From: Ramazzottius varieornatus | Taxonomy: Eukaryota > Animalia > Tardigrada | NCBI GenBank assembly: GCA_001949185.1 | Contig: BDGG01000003.1 | Location: 2,483,663-2,547,662 of the forward strand | Reading direction: 5' to 3' | Length of the DNA stretch: 64,000 bases | Part shown: positions 1 through 12,555 of the stretch, in pieces | Layout of the letters: each line of letters opens with the position of its first letter | Numbering within the stretch: position 1 is the stretch's first letter | Translations under genes and position numbers: made by a program | The notes under the pieces: model-generated | Seen by the model: only the letters and a program-made list of their open reading frames with translations | What the model was told of the DNA's origin: nothing | Databases searched by the model: none

Positions 1-87
1 CGGTGACGGGTACACATGCACAGTCTAGACTGCTCAGCACGACTGTCGACCGAGTCTTTGTTTTATATAAGCCTAAGTTACCTTTGA

Positions 88-1846
88 ATGGGAGACAAGA
101 TGGAAGAACTTGAATTCGAAGCGGTCCCTTCAGCGGAAATCAACGATACCACCTGGCTGGAATCTGAAGGGCAGGATAGCGAGGCGGACTGGATTTACCG
201 GGTAGTGTCTACCACTCTGCACGCCTTTATATTTGTCATGGGCCTCGTGGGAAATATCGTCCTGATTTTTGTCGTCTACAAATCTCGAAATCTGCACACA
301 CCCACCTACACTTACCTGGTACGTGATCTGAAATCATGGCTTAGTAAGGGTTTTTTACGGTAACAAGTGGGCATTACGTAAACTTCGGGGTTTGCAGACA
401 TCGCTGGCTATGGCGGACTTGCTGCTGATCGTCACTGCCGTACCGGAATCTATTGCGTTTCAGAACTTTGGTCACCAGTGGCTTCTGGGAGAAACTGGCT
501 GTGCTTTATTCATCTTCTTGAATTTCTTCGGAATCAACGCAGGTAGTCTCAGGTAAGCAACACCAAGTTTTTGCCTCTGTACGTACGATCCGTGGAAGTT
601 TACGCCCAGGACGCCGGTCACTGCGCACTCGATTTTCTCACCGTATCCATAAGGACGGCAAGAAATCGGGTTACAGCAAATCTGCATCATTGATTTTACC
701 AGCTTAACGGCCTTCACGGTGGAACGGTATCTGGTGGTCTGCTGGCCCCTGTTGGCTCAAAAGATTTGCAATCTTCATCGAACCCGACGGATCATCGTAC
801 TCTGTTGGATTTTCACGTTGATTTACAGCAGTCCATGGTAAGTCCCATGATGTTTAGACAAGTTTTGCATGAAAATTCATCTCTCACCCTTTGTTCTTCT
901 GCCAGTGGCGTATTTGTGTCGGTCATAGGTAATTTCGTTTAATGTGAATTATTTCTACGCTTTCTGTATTCATGGCTTTCATTAAACGTGAACCGCGTAG
1001 GTTCCATTGGGTAGAAAGTTTAACCGAACTTGATGAGTACAACTCTGGAAGTTGTAATTATGAGAGAAGCTATCACTAACCAAAACACGTACTCTTGCAG
1101 GCTAGGATTGACGACTGTACGAAGAAGCGAACCTCATCCCGATTTGGATCAGTGTGAGCTGCGCCTATCGAAGGAGCTCTACTTGGCCATATTTAGCAGT
1201 GATTTGATCCTCTTCTACCTTCTACCCTTGTTAGTCGCTGTAATAGGCTGCTACAAGATCGCTCGAGTTTTGCGGAAGAATGCCCAAGATTTCAATTTTG
1301 ACATGGGTCTTAGACGTCCGCCACATTCCAGGCTTTCGCCGCGCATCTCTACACAGTCTTTTCCGCCCTACGAGCAGGTTCCTGAATACGGCATGCTGAC
1401 CCGAAACCATAGACAAACCCAACGGCATGATTCGGTTCAAACATCAAAGACCCAGGTGCGGCTAGGACTCATGAGCGGATATTGGGTGCCGATTAGAAGT
1501 TAATAGGGTTTCAACTACTAGTACTCATTCACAGATCGAACTAGATGACATGCTTTTGCGTTTCCAGGGCTTGCGGATGCTAGTCGTGACGATCGTACTC
1601 TTCGCCGTCGCATGGCTTCCCTTTCGCGGCTTGCTAATCTACAACATGACCGCTTCGGAGCAATGGCTCGACCTTTGGTTTCTTCTCTTTGCCAGAACAA
1701 TGATCTACTTGTCGGCAGCCATGAACCCATTCCTGTACAACGCTATCAACACTCGATTTCGCCAAACGGTGAAGAGCGTCTTGTTTGGAGCCACTACCAG
1801 TGGAAGACCATCGGCAAGGTCCACTCATTCCGTCAGTTACGTATAA
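88..1846 (+). CDS. Thyrotropin-releasing hormone receptor-like rhodopsin-family GPCR (protostome TRH/EFLamide-receptor type), 5 exons
   Basis: GT-AG exons 88-318, 398-552, 703-837, 1101-1455 and 1568-1846 join in frame into a 7-TM protein. Motifs: GLVGN (TM1), SLAMADLL (TM2), GINAGSLSLTAFTVERY (TM3, cf. TRHR GINASSCSITAFTIERY), AWLPFR (TM6), MNPFLYN (TM7). Confidence 0.85.
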
Positions 1847-2895
1847 ATCCTTGTGAAGCTTGTTTCAGTTCCTGAGACCAGAGGCATTTCCAACCGTTCC
1901 ATTACACCTCCTGCACTTTGCATTTTACGTTTTTGGATCCATTCGGTTTTGCGCCATGTGAGTTAAGCTTAAGGGTTGCAAGTTGTATAGCATGCTGGCG
2001 ATTAATTATTCAGACGTCCGGTATATGTGATGCGAGATCAAAACTTGCCAGGGGGTCGAAGGTCATGTAATTCCGGTCCTCATGACTAGAACTGGTCTCG
2101 TTGATTCGAGTCTGATCTATTCCACCTTGCGCTTGCGGATGTAAGCTAAGAAGGTTGGAAAGGCGCGGTCTGATACATGCAACCGTTTGCAAAAAATGGA
2201 CGATTCACAAATAGTTCAGGGAACTGTTTTTCCGGAGCTTCGAGCGGCTTTTGAAGAGCCTCGATTTGGTGGTTCGCTACACTCTGTACCAGTAATTAAC
2301 ATCCGTGCCCTCTTGTTTCGCAAAATCGGAACCTTGCTCGGAACGTCGACGACGACCGAATGGATGAATATTTACTAATCCGTATTAGCCCGTACTAACC
2401 CGAATAACTGTTTCCCGGTATAGCTGATCTTTTAAAGCGTCAACTGCATCATTCGACACACCGAAGACGGAAAATCGATCGCTGCGTGCTTACATGCTTC
2501 GAAGAGCCGTAAGCTCGCAAAGAGGAACTGCGGAGGTCCTTCCTGAGCAAGGTCAGCTCTTCTTTTGTAAGACATACTGTAATTGGCAACCTAAAGAATA
2601 ATGCTGCTGTCCATTGACAATGCTAGTTCGCGCAAAACGGGCTACCCCTAAGCTAATCTTTAATGATCTTCCGTGTTTAACGAGAATCTTTTTCAAACAA
2701 GCAAACAACATCCGGGGGGCCGGAGACTTCCTGCAGGATCATGTTGATCACGCTGCGAATGTTATGTGTATGTTTCACTTGGTTTCTCAAGGCATATATT
2801 ATGGTGGCCTGACAGTCGAGTGGTGAACGATGGTCCACTTGGAACTCTAGCAGCCGGCAAAGTTTTTTGTAGACAATAACGAGCTCTTGACGCAA

Positions 2896-5508
2896 ATGGA
2901 CAACGACACCCAGAAGGACTTCGAAGAGTCCTACAACGCTGAAACGGACACCACTTACCGCGTAATATCTACGTAAATCCACGGTCTCATTTTTATCATG
3001 GGTCTTGTGGGAAATACGGTGCTGATCTGCGTTGTCTACAAGTCGAAAGCTCTCCACACGTCCACATATGCGTATTTGGTAAGACAGACAACCAAAGCAA
3101 TTTTGGTTGCTTTTGTGAGAACTCCCCGACGTCCCGTTAACGCTGTAATGCTCGTAGGTGTCTTTGGCCGTGGCAGACTTGCTTGTCATAGTTATCGCTA
3201 TACCGGAAGCGATGATATTTCAGCATTTCGGAAATCAGTGGCTTTTCGGGGAAGTCGGATGTACTGTCTTTATCTTTTGCAACTTTTTGGGAATCAACGC
3301 AGGCAGCTTGAGGTAACCAAACCATCAGAACGAAGAAGGTCCCCCCTGTGTACAACGTAAGTATTCTTAGTTTGGCGGCCTTTACGATCGAACGGTACTT
3401 GGTAGCCTGTCGACCATTGTTGGCTCACAAGATCTGCGACATTTATCGAACTCGAAGGGTCATAGCGGCCTGTTGGATATTCACGTTTCTTTACTGCAGT
3501 CCATGGTAAGCTTGTTTGAAGTTTATTATTATTGTCTTATTTCTATTTGAAAAAAGATAGCTAAGTTTTTGTCTACCCTAAGCCCGCAAACCGGGCGCTT
3601 CGTCTTCTTCTTTTTATCCAAGGATCAACCTTTGAGTTGGTCTATCCTTCCGCAACGTTCCTGCTTGACTTATAGCGACGAAAACGTGAAATCTGTTAAA
3701 TCAGCCCAAACAGTCGAAAAATCTCCCGTATCAAGCAGGATTGCTTAAGACATGCCTTCGTAGACCTGAGGGCCAAAGAAGTTCCCCGAGCAATCATCGA
3801 GGTGCTGCGGATCTAAAGCACGTAAGTTTATTCTCTTCACTCCATCAACTTACTGTACAAGGCCGATGACCGGCCACATACTATATACTCGATCATTCGA
3901 GAAGTCTGACTGTACGGTATACCGTCCTTTGACGACGAAAAGGACGACCTATGCATAATGCACAAGTCCATATTCAAATTTATTATTAACAGTAAAATTT
4001 CCCCGACTCTAGGGAACCTAATGAATATGGTTTCTACTCAAGCCCATATACTGTACCACCGTTTTTTGGTAATTTCGACTTTAGATCAGCTTCATACATC
4101 ACATGGTTGCGTAATCAGGACAGAAGCCAGTCCGCGTCATCTGAATTACTGTAATGCTTCTTCAACTTCGCAAAACACGTCATAATACGCACGGAACATC
4201 CCCCGGGGGTTGGCGGGGTATAGTCACCGGACCGGGGTTTAACTCCACGCGTACGATCACGTGATTCGCAAAGTTCAAGAAGCATTACAGTATGTGTTCT
4301 ACCCTTGTCAGGTTGGAATGAACGGCTGTTCCAAACCACGAGCTTTATCCTCAGTTGGATCAATGCGAGCTACGCCTCTCCCGCGGACTGTACTTAGCGA
4401 TATTTAGCTGCGATCTCCTGCTCTTCTATCTTTTACCCCTACTCGTCGCCGTAATTGGGTGTTATAAGATCGGCCAAGTAATGACTTCGCCTTTGTAATG
4501 ACGCGCGAACATCGACAGAGCAAAATCCTTCGTGTTAGTATCCCTTCGGAAAGCCATGATGAAAGCCTTACGGCTCTAAGACGCCAAAATATGCCGTCAT
4601 TGGGAAGTATTAGTAGACTTCAGCGGACTGAATCGGCGCAGGCCTCCAAATTACAGGTACTTTTCGTGAAGGGCGCCAACAGAAACTTGCGTGCCGGAAG
4701 TCTTCCACCGGCTTTGCAACGGATCAAGATCTCACAAGGAGAAGAACTTCAACGGATTTAATACCATTCAGTTTGAACGATTTACTGTAATTTTGTCAGG
4801 GTCTATGTTTGCTGGTGGTGACGGTCGGACTCTTCGCCGTCTCATGGCTGCCTTTGCGTGGCTTGCTAATCTACAATAGTCCTCCTCACGACGAGCTGTT
4901 TATGTCGCAAACGGTTGATTTAAAATTTGAGTTTGCTTGATCAACGGAAATTAGTCGTAAGTGAGGCAAAATTGGATTTTTTCGCAAGTCTCGGAAACGG
5001 GACCGGAAATGCGCGAGTTTTGCGGGGTAGGTTTGTAGGCCAATTTTGCCTCCTGACTAAGTTGAAATTCATGGTTTTCTCTCTGGCTAGTCTCTGTCTT
5101 CCGATAGCCCCGACACTAATAGGTATCAAGAAGCCCGTACGAAACGGTATCTCGCAACGTGAAGCACTGTGCAGATAGAGATCAGCTGAGAAGTAAAAAT
5201 TTGAAATTTTGAGTCAAGTGTGCAGAGAATAATCCGTTTTCGCTTTCAAGATAAGCTACTCGAGAGCTGCTTATCTTGAAAGCGAAACTTCGTAATCCAC
5301 TTTCTACATCAACACAATCAACGGAGTTTTACGGCCTGTCGTGAGGAGGACTAATATGACTGCTTCGGAGCAATGGCTGGATCTTTGGTACCTTCTATTC
5401 GCTAAAACCCTAATTTACCTGTCGGCGGCCATGAACCCATTCTTGTACAACATGACCAGTTCCCGGCTCCGCAACGCCGTAAAGTCTGTCATATTTGGGG
5501 TTCGCTAA
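2896..5508 (+). pseudogene. Tandem paralogue of the TRHR-like GPCR, pseudogenised
   Basis: Same 5-exon layout and high similarity to 88-1846. In-frame TAA at 2974-2976 and TGA at 4319-4321, a frameshifting deletion near 4480, and a 475-bp TIR element inserted in the last exon (4878-5352). Confidence 0.85.
4878..5352. mobile_element. Non-autonomous DNA transposon (MITE) with 15-bp TIR and 3-bp AAT TSD, possibly PIF/Harbinger-related
   Basis: AGTCCTCCTCACGAC (4878-4892) and GTCGTGAGGAGGACT (5338-5352) are perfect inverted repeats, with AAT on both sides. Removing the element plus one AAT restores YNMT, as in the intact paralogue. Internal perfect 19-bp hairpin at 5238-5256/5269-5287. Confidence 0.88.
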
Positions 5509-5976
5509 ACCTCAAGAACTGACTTACTACCGAATCGACAGTACCGGCTTCTGAGTCACTGAGTCTTTCTGTACAATTGTACGTAATTTCTGCACGCTTC
5601 GATAACTTTCATCACGTCCGTCTCGATTCAATCCCATATCCGAATGATCGATAACCATTTGGTAGTGTTCCATTTTCAAGTGTTCCGGCTGCCCATTAGT
5701 GCCAGTGCGGCAAACATGCATTTGTCTTTTTGCTGTGTCCTTGGAAAAACCATTGCTGTTAACAGGGGCAAGAACGATTTCTGTGATCTCTCACCTTTAA
5801 CTGAGCGTGTTTGATTGCTTTGCTTCTCGGAAAGCCCCGAAAACTCGCTGTATATGATTGAAAATTTATGTTGAAATCTTCCGCCCAGCAGTGAAAAAAC
5901 ATTGTCATTGATAATTCTGGTTGTACCAACTTACACTGCGACCTGTAATATAATAGAAGAGGAGAAATGAGAGTAA

Positions 5977-8900
5977 TCATGAGTTGCTATACATTTTCTT
6001 GATCTCCTCCTTGAACAGGCTTCGGACCACTTCACGGCGTGTCTTGAGGGACTGCGTCAGGCAATTGTTCTCCACGGAAAAGGGTTGGGTCATGATGTGA
6101 AACTTCTTGGGGACCTCGTATGACTTTAGCTTGGCTTCTTTGCCTAATCGTTGGAGGTCAGTTATTATCTGTTCCGTCACTTCGTCAGGGGACAACTGAT
6201 GATTAGGCGCACTTCCGGTTAAGGCAGAGTAGTTAGGGTACACTAGCGCCACTGCATAGGAATGTTTGCTGTCCCCGTCGACGAAGATGTTAGTCAGCAG
6301 TAACGACCGCTGAAAAACGCCTTCGATGCGTTCAGGAGCCAGGTATTCGCCTTGATTCAATTTGAAGATGTGTTTTTTCCGGTCGAAGATCTTCAGGTTA
6401 CCTTCCTGTTCGGAGAACATGAAAGTGATATGAAACCTTCGAACAAGGGTTTCATGCAGAATAACACAAGAATATTTAAACCAGTGATCTGGACAACCAA
6501 ATACGCCTTTCTGAAGGTTGGAGAGGATGAAACATGTTAGTAATTTCAACGAAATATAGAGTTGTTAATCAAAAACAGAAAACTATTGGTGGAAATAATG
6601 TCGATCGTTTTTGGAACAGGCAGACATTCTGTCTGTTCCAAGTCTGATACACATTTAATTCGATTGGCTTTTGCCGACTTTTTCATTTTGTTTTAAGTGA
6701 GATTTGCCTTATGGCGCAAATCTTCAAGGACTATCTGGGTAGATGGGAAAATGTGATGCACAGTCAAGTACCCATTAACGGGTATGAAATGTTAGAAACT
6801 ACGTACCGGTAACCACTTGCCGATGTCGCCCGTATGGATCCAGCCTTCCTTGTCCATGGTCTCCGAAGTCTTTTCCTCCATTTTGTAGTAACCCATCATG
6901 TTGAATGGAGAGCGTGTGCATATTTCACCGCGTTCATCTTTGGCGTAGTACCCCATATCTGGCACATCGATCAGTTTCACTTCCACTCCATTAAACGGAA
7001 TCCCAACGTGTTCGGTTGTAATGTCGCCGTACCTCGTGAGGGTCGCGGGTCCACATGTCTCCGACTGTCCGTAAATCTCGAAAATCTGCAAAGCGAATTC
7101 CACCATTAATTAGGACACAAATCCTTGGGAAATAATGAGATGTTGAGATCTGGACGTCGGCAAGCGACTTTAGCATGATCGTTCTCTCAAGTGGCGCATA
7201 TTTCTAGCCAGTAACAATGAAAGTGAGCGCCGCTCGAGCTGACGATTATGTTCAATTCAATTGCCAATACCCACATAGCATCCAAAAACAGCGCGGGTGA
7301 AATTCAGAATTTTTCCATCGACCGCAGCCGATCCAGTAAAGCCGGTCTTGACTCTTCCTCCGAGAACATCCTGGTACTTTTTGAGCAACAACTTATCCCA
7401 GAAGGTATCATTTCGGAATTTGCCGCGCTTCATGTCGTTCATCTTCCACCGCAGCGCCATCTTCGACAAGATCGAGGAGGACCAGCACTTCTCCATGTCA
7501 CTCTCAAATTTCTCGTACACCTTCGTCAGGAGGCGTGGCACGAACCCGAATACTGTTGGGTGGACTTCTTGTGCGTCAGCGAACAGTGTCGAGATGTCTC
7601 CGGTGAGATAGGCAACCTTCGCCCCGTGCAGGAAAAGTAGCTTCTCCAGAAGCCGCTCCAGAATGTGGGCCAGCGGGAATACGCCCATCATCGAGTCCTC
7701 CGGTCCTAGGCGTACAGGCTATGGACAAAAAACAGTCGATGATTCCAAGGTTCCGGGGTCGCAAGCTAACTATAACCCTACTACGGTAGTACTTCGCGCA
7801 CGCACCCATGTGGAGGCCACATAACTGCGGGCGGCAGCCAGAACAGCTTTGTGAGACAGCATCACGGCTTTCGGCATCCCAGTGGTACCACTTGTCAATA
7901 TCAACGTGGCTAGGGAAGAAGGGTCCGCAAGGTGCAATCCTTCTGAGCTTTCCCTTCCCAGAGCCTAATGAAACAAAAATGGATATTGTTGTCTTAGGAT
8001 TTCTCACGACGGTTGAAATAGAGGTAAGGTAGCTCAGCTTACTTCAATCTCGCCAAAGCTGTACACGGCCACACCGACATCTTTAAGCTGATTGATAACT
8101 TCTGTAGAGGGCTGTTCCATATAGATAACAGTCCGCAGGCATCTCGGCGGTTGGCCACCGCCCATCAAAGCTTTGATCTGCTCGCCACCCCCACACACCA
8201 TGATCTCGATACCATCTACGATATGTGATAAGATACCAGTTGCAAAGCAAGAATCTGGCGTAGTGGCTCTGGGTTTGCTTACAGAAATCGGTTAGTTCGT
8301 GGCAAGCTTTACTTCCTAGAGAATCGTACAGCGGCGCGGTGATCAGTGCTTGGGAATAGCACCCGAACTCGGCCACTGTCCATTCCACGCAGGACTTAGC
8401 AAAGATACCCACGAGGTACTCGGAACTTGGCGGACATCCCATTGCGACTAGCCCGGCTCCGAAATTCCGCGATCGGAGTATGAGGTCTTCGTAGGATAAC
8501 CACTGGTACTTGGCTTTGATATTCGGTCGAAACCCAACAGCAGGTCCATCGTCTGAAACAGTTCAAAGACATTTATACGTTCCGGTTAAACATTTGATTA
8601 CAGTTAATTTTGTCGTTCAGTCCTCATGCATAGGTTCGTACTTGAAAGCTGCTTTCCGAATTTCAAAATATCGTAAAGGGTATCGGGAAAGACCATTTGA
8701 ATATTGACCGGCTCTTCCTCTTTGCGATGGCGCACGCCTTTTTCGTCCTGTAATATTTAACCACTTAGATTGCTCGTCACTCGAATCAAAGTGGCAATTA
8801 GCACAAAGATATACTACGAACCGATTCAGAGTATAGGCGTCGTTGCTGTGACCTCGCTGAAGTTTCCCGCAGCAGGACAGCTTTCATGGCGTTGATACAT

Positions 8901-9262
8901 CTTGTGATTGCGACCACGATCACGTCACAGACGAAAAGAATATTCAACGATATTCCAGTCCACATGCCCTGAAAACAAGTCAAAAGTAGAAACGTTTTCC
9001 GCAGGCGCATAGAGTGGACTCCCGCGCAGTCGGCGGATTGAATACCTTCACAGTCTCTTTGACATTCCGCGTCTCCATCGGAGTTTTGGCCATCTTTGAA
9101 ACCCAACCGCTCTAGGAAACACAAAGCTTCGGAACTTCGGACAGTGTTTCAACTGACTATACATTACTCCCTGGTCATGGTACTCGGTCGAAGTTCAGAG
9201 CGAATACTGGTTGCTCACCTCCTTTTAGGTTCAAAAGGACTTACTTTTGCCATGACTGTCAT
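5977..9262 (-). CDS. Long-chain-fatty-acid--CoA ligase (ACSL1/5/6 family), multi-exon; 5' end uncertain (ATG at 9262 or 9093)
   Basis: Spliced exons encode YQWLSYED, LYDSLG, the AMP-binding loop LTSGTTGMPKAVMLSH, PLAHILER, YGQSET, GWIHTGDIGKW, LKIFDRKKHIFKLNQGEYLAPERIE and FSVENNCLT; stop at 5977. Confidence 0.9.
7174..7250 (+). repeat. Family A ~80-bp palindrome (ACSL intron)
   Basis: GATCGTT..AAGTGGCGCAT..AGCCAGTAACAA..GAGCGCCGCT..ACGAT. Confidence 0.75.
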
Positions 9263-9863
9263 GCTGCATTGTAAGGAAAAGACCAGCATTACCACCGAAA
9301 GGCCGATGGGCCAGTTGATAAGGACTTTGTCATGCCATGCGGACTCCAGCTCAGGAGGCAGTTTTATTTTTCGGTTAGAATAGGTTAGAATACAGCTAAA
9401 CTTGACCGCAGTGACAGTTCAATGCCGCTCTCGCAAGAAGATACCTTATTCTTATAAAATACCCGGCGAAATTTTCTCCTTAGTTCAGGTACCGACTTAC
9501 AAACATCATTGTATGAGGAGCCAACGTTTTAATATGTCCGTCAAAATAATTCCGTGAAATTTATTTCGATCAGATTACAGTTCATTCTCGCAGCGATGTT
9601 TACTTCCGGAAAATTGTGGTGGTTAAATGTGCAATTGAATTTTACATGCGCTCTAAAGTGGGAGTGGCGTAACTGGTGCGAGAAACTGCGGATTAACAAA
9701 AGCATGAATGCTAGAAGGGACAATGAAACAATGATTAGTAGTTTTGGTACGTGTACATTTAAGGGTTTCTTCCCTGGTGCTCCGTCGTTGCTCATTGGAT
9801 TGTGTGGGACCGAGAATAAATCTGCGTGAACAGTGATCAATCCTCGACCGGGACAATATCTGA

Positions 9864-10934
9864 TCATTTTTCGGTCCGCTGCACACTAGTGTGGGAATTC
9901 GAATGTGTGTGTCCTGCCGCTGTTTCCATATTCACCTGGACATCCGTATGCATCTTACTGAGCTCCAAGGCGGCCTTCGCAAGTTCCCGCTCGCGCTCCA
10001 GTTCCTTCTTCGCAAACTTGGCTTCCAGTTCCAGCTCTTGCTTCTGTCGTTTGACAGAATCCTCTACCAGTTCTTTGCGATAATCTGCTCAAGCACACAG
10101 AAATCAATACTTCATATCCGTCGAACACACCCATGGAAATAATCGATATGTTGGTACAACACCGAACGTACCAATATCGCGCTTGTATTGCTTTTCCAGT
10201 TCCTTCCGGATTCTCTCGGCTTCATGCTCTGTCTTCTCCAGATATTTCCCTGTCACCTATCCAGGACCGAAAAAATAAACTAATATCCCTCGAGTATCGC
10301 AAAACGCAGCCGCGAAATAATGTCAAATATAAAAAGGGCAACTATGAGTACCAGTTTTCATCCTACATACAGCGACCCCTGGAACTTCGCGGTACACTAG
10401 TATGCAGGAGCATGAGGGATGCTTACGTACCTTCGCCATGTGCTCTTCATGTTCACGGGCGATCCTGTCTTTCTCATGTTGGTATTTGGCTTCTTCTCTC
10501 AGCCGTTTGTCTCGGGCTTCCGGTGTCTCTTGCAAGTCGTGTACGATATCGTGGGTCGCCACTCGTTCGGCAGTAGCGCCAAACGACGAATGATCGGAAA
10601 CAACGTCATGGAGAACTCCTCCAGCAGAAGTTAGCACGATGGGATGCGTTGTATGGATCGGAAGCTCCGCGGCCTCAGTGTAAGTAGTGTGAGCATGACT
10701 ACTAGCTGAAGACCTTCGGCGACCCAGGTGAAGATCAGGCAGATGAGGAAATCCAGGAAGTCCGTGATGGTGATGGTGGTGTCCGGTGCCTGATGTCTCG
10801 ACAAGCTCGCTCAGCTCGGTGTGGCGCTCTCCGTGACCGTCGATGGTCGTGACGCTCTTTGTATGGAAAGCATCAATCCCACCGGCTTCGCGAGCCGCTT
10901 GGGCGGTTATTTCGTCCTCCTTGTAGTGCGTCAT
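9864..10934 (-). CDS. CAHS: Tardigrade cytosolic abundant heat-soluble (CAHS) protein, 3 exons
   Basis: Exons 10934-10431, 10256-10172 and 10084-9864 join in frame. They give [80 protein letters not shown], matching both CAHS motifs and the C-terminal segment. An in-frame upstream ATG exists at 11051; MTHYKEDE is preferred as the start from recollection of Hypsibius CAHS N-termini. Confidence 0.95.
10361..10409. repeat. Family B fixed-spacer palindrome (CAHS intron 1)
   Basis: TCCTACATACA-N27-AGTATGCAGGA. Confidence 0.65.
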
Positions 10935-12555
10935 TTTGTGAGGTTCTTGGGAAACGTGGAAGTCTTCTAACAGTGCATAAATGTCGGAAAATGGCTTGTC
11001 TGTAGTAGCGTAATGTTCACCATGAAGCCATGAAAGTGCAGCCGAACTCATCGCCTTGTTATGAAGTTTCTGTGTATCGTTCAATCGATCTTGAACGATC
11101 GTCGAGGCTCTGCGTTTCAGTACCTGCTCCGGGATGTTTATAGGAAGGCAAAGCACGCGGCAATGTCTGAACAAAATCAATCCTCCTTCCTTCCGCTTAA
11201 GACCGTCCCTGCTTCGTCCTTCACTGCCGCGGCCCGATGGGGGCAGCTGGCACTTCACACATGAAATTGGAATGGTTAGCGATTGATGACTACCGTTATA
11301 GATTACCAATACCCTGATTTTGACGTCCACTTACATTATTACATACCGCTATTTTGCCCTAGAGCGCAGCACCGTCTCGTCAGGGATCTGTCCGTCGATC
11401 GGATCCGTGTTTTCAGTTCCCTCCGACAAGTCCCAGAATCACCACCCAGCAAGTCTGCCAGGTCAACAGAAGCTACAAATAGCATCAGACTTAGTGAATG
11501 ACCATGGTCCATAAGGTCCGCGAACAACTTCCGGTCGGACCAAAAAGTTACTGGCGCAAGACTCACCGAGGACCCCGGGTGCGACTATCTAATATCTACC
11601 ACCCAGGGTTAACTTAGAGGACAGATTTAGAACATTACGAGGTAAACGACATAATTCAAGCATGGTGGTTTTTCACTCGTAATTTGGGCATATTTGTACT
11701 CAGCTCCTACTGCGCATAATGAACTGTTTCTTATTTCGCGCGGTAGACTGATCCCTCTCCTAGGGTTTCAATAGGTTTGAGAACAACAAAGCGTTGTGGA
11801 TGACGGGAATCACGGCTTGGGAGAGACATAGGTCTGTCCAATGTTAAAAAGCCTAATGTTGTATCAACAGGCGTACGATGAGAGATGAATCAAGCGTTGA
11901 CGATAATGTTCAAACTTTTCGCGTTGCCCGAATTACGGTGCGAAAATCGATATGCCCGAATTATGTCGTTTACCTCGTACCGAAAATTACTCCAGCGTTT
12001 TTTTCCGGATCCTGGGTCATTCTCGTGTCCTCTTGTTTCGTGCTTTTCTATCAAAAAACAAGCAGATCATTAGAAACACTTTCTTAATGGCCTGAACGGG
12101 GAAGATATCTACTGAGCACCCTCGTTATTGCTGTTGAGGATTAACCAGCATCAGCTGTTTCAGCAGAACAGTTCCCGTTTGAACTCCATACATGGTCAAC
12201 CTACTGATCTTCCCTTTCGTTTCCTGACTCCCGATTTCCGGTGAGCAGTACTGAGAGATCTAACTTAACTAATTCTGTGTCTCGTTGTAACAGGATTTCG
12301 AGTCATTGTGGAACGGAGCAGTGTTCGAGAGCGTTCGGTGCACCCCGATGAAGGGGCGCATGATTAGACCATTTCGAAGTACACAAACCCAGAGACGTAC
12401 CGTATGTAACTGACGTCATGCGCTGCCGTCGTCCAGTGAAACAACTGCATCATCTTTGGCTCATCTGTCTGGCGTCGTTCGTCTTTTTTTGGTTTGAAGA
12501 CGTGCTTCAGGTTCTGTTGTTGTAGATTCATCGTTGGATCGGTGGGTAAAAAACA

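Noticed and set aside
1970-2594. Possible hAT-like TIR pair (AAGGGTTGCAAGTT / AATTGGCAACCTAA)
   Set aside because: Short, gapped match with no TSD; compatible with chance.
4195-4250. tRNA/SINE-like segment with GGTTTAACTCC resembling a B box
   Set aside because: No convincing cloverleaf or A box and no second copy in the window.
6611-6641. 14-bp hairpin in an ACSL intron, superficially terminator-like
   Set aside because: Eukaryotic intron, single occurrence, no supporting context.
11052-11330. Upstream extension of the 335-aa ORF as part of CAHS
   Set aside because: It starts at a non-ATG codon, has no CAHS-like composition, and is more likely UTR or promoter.
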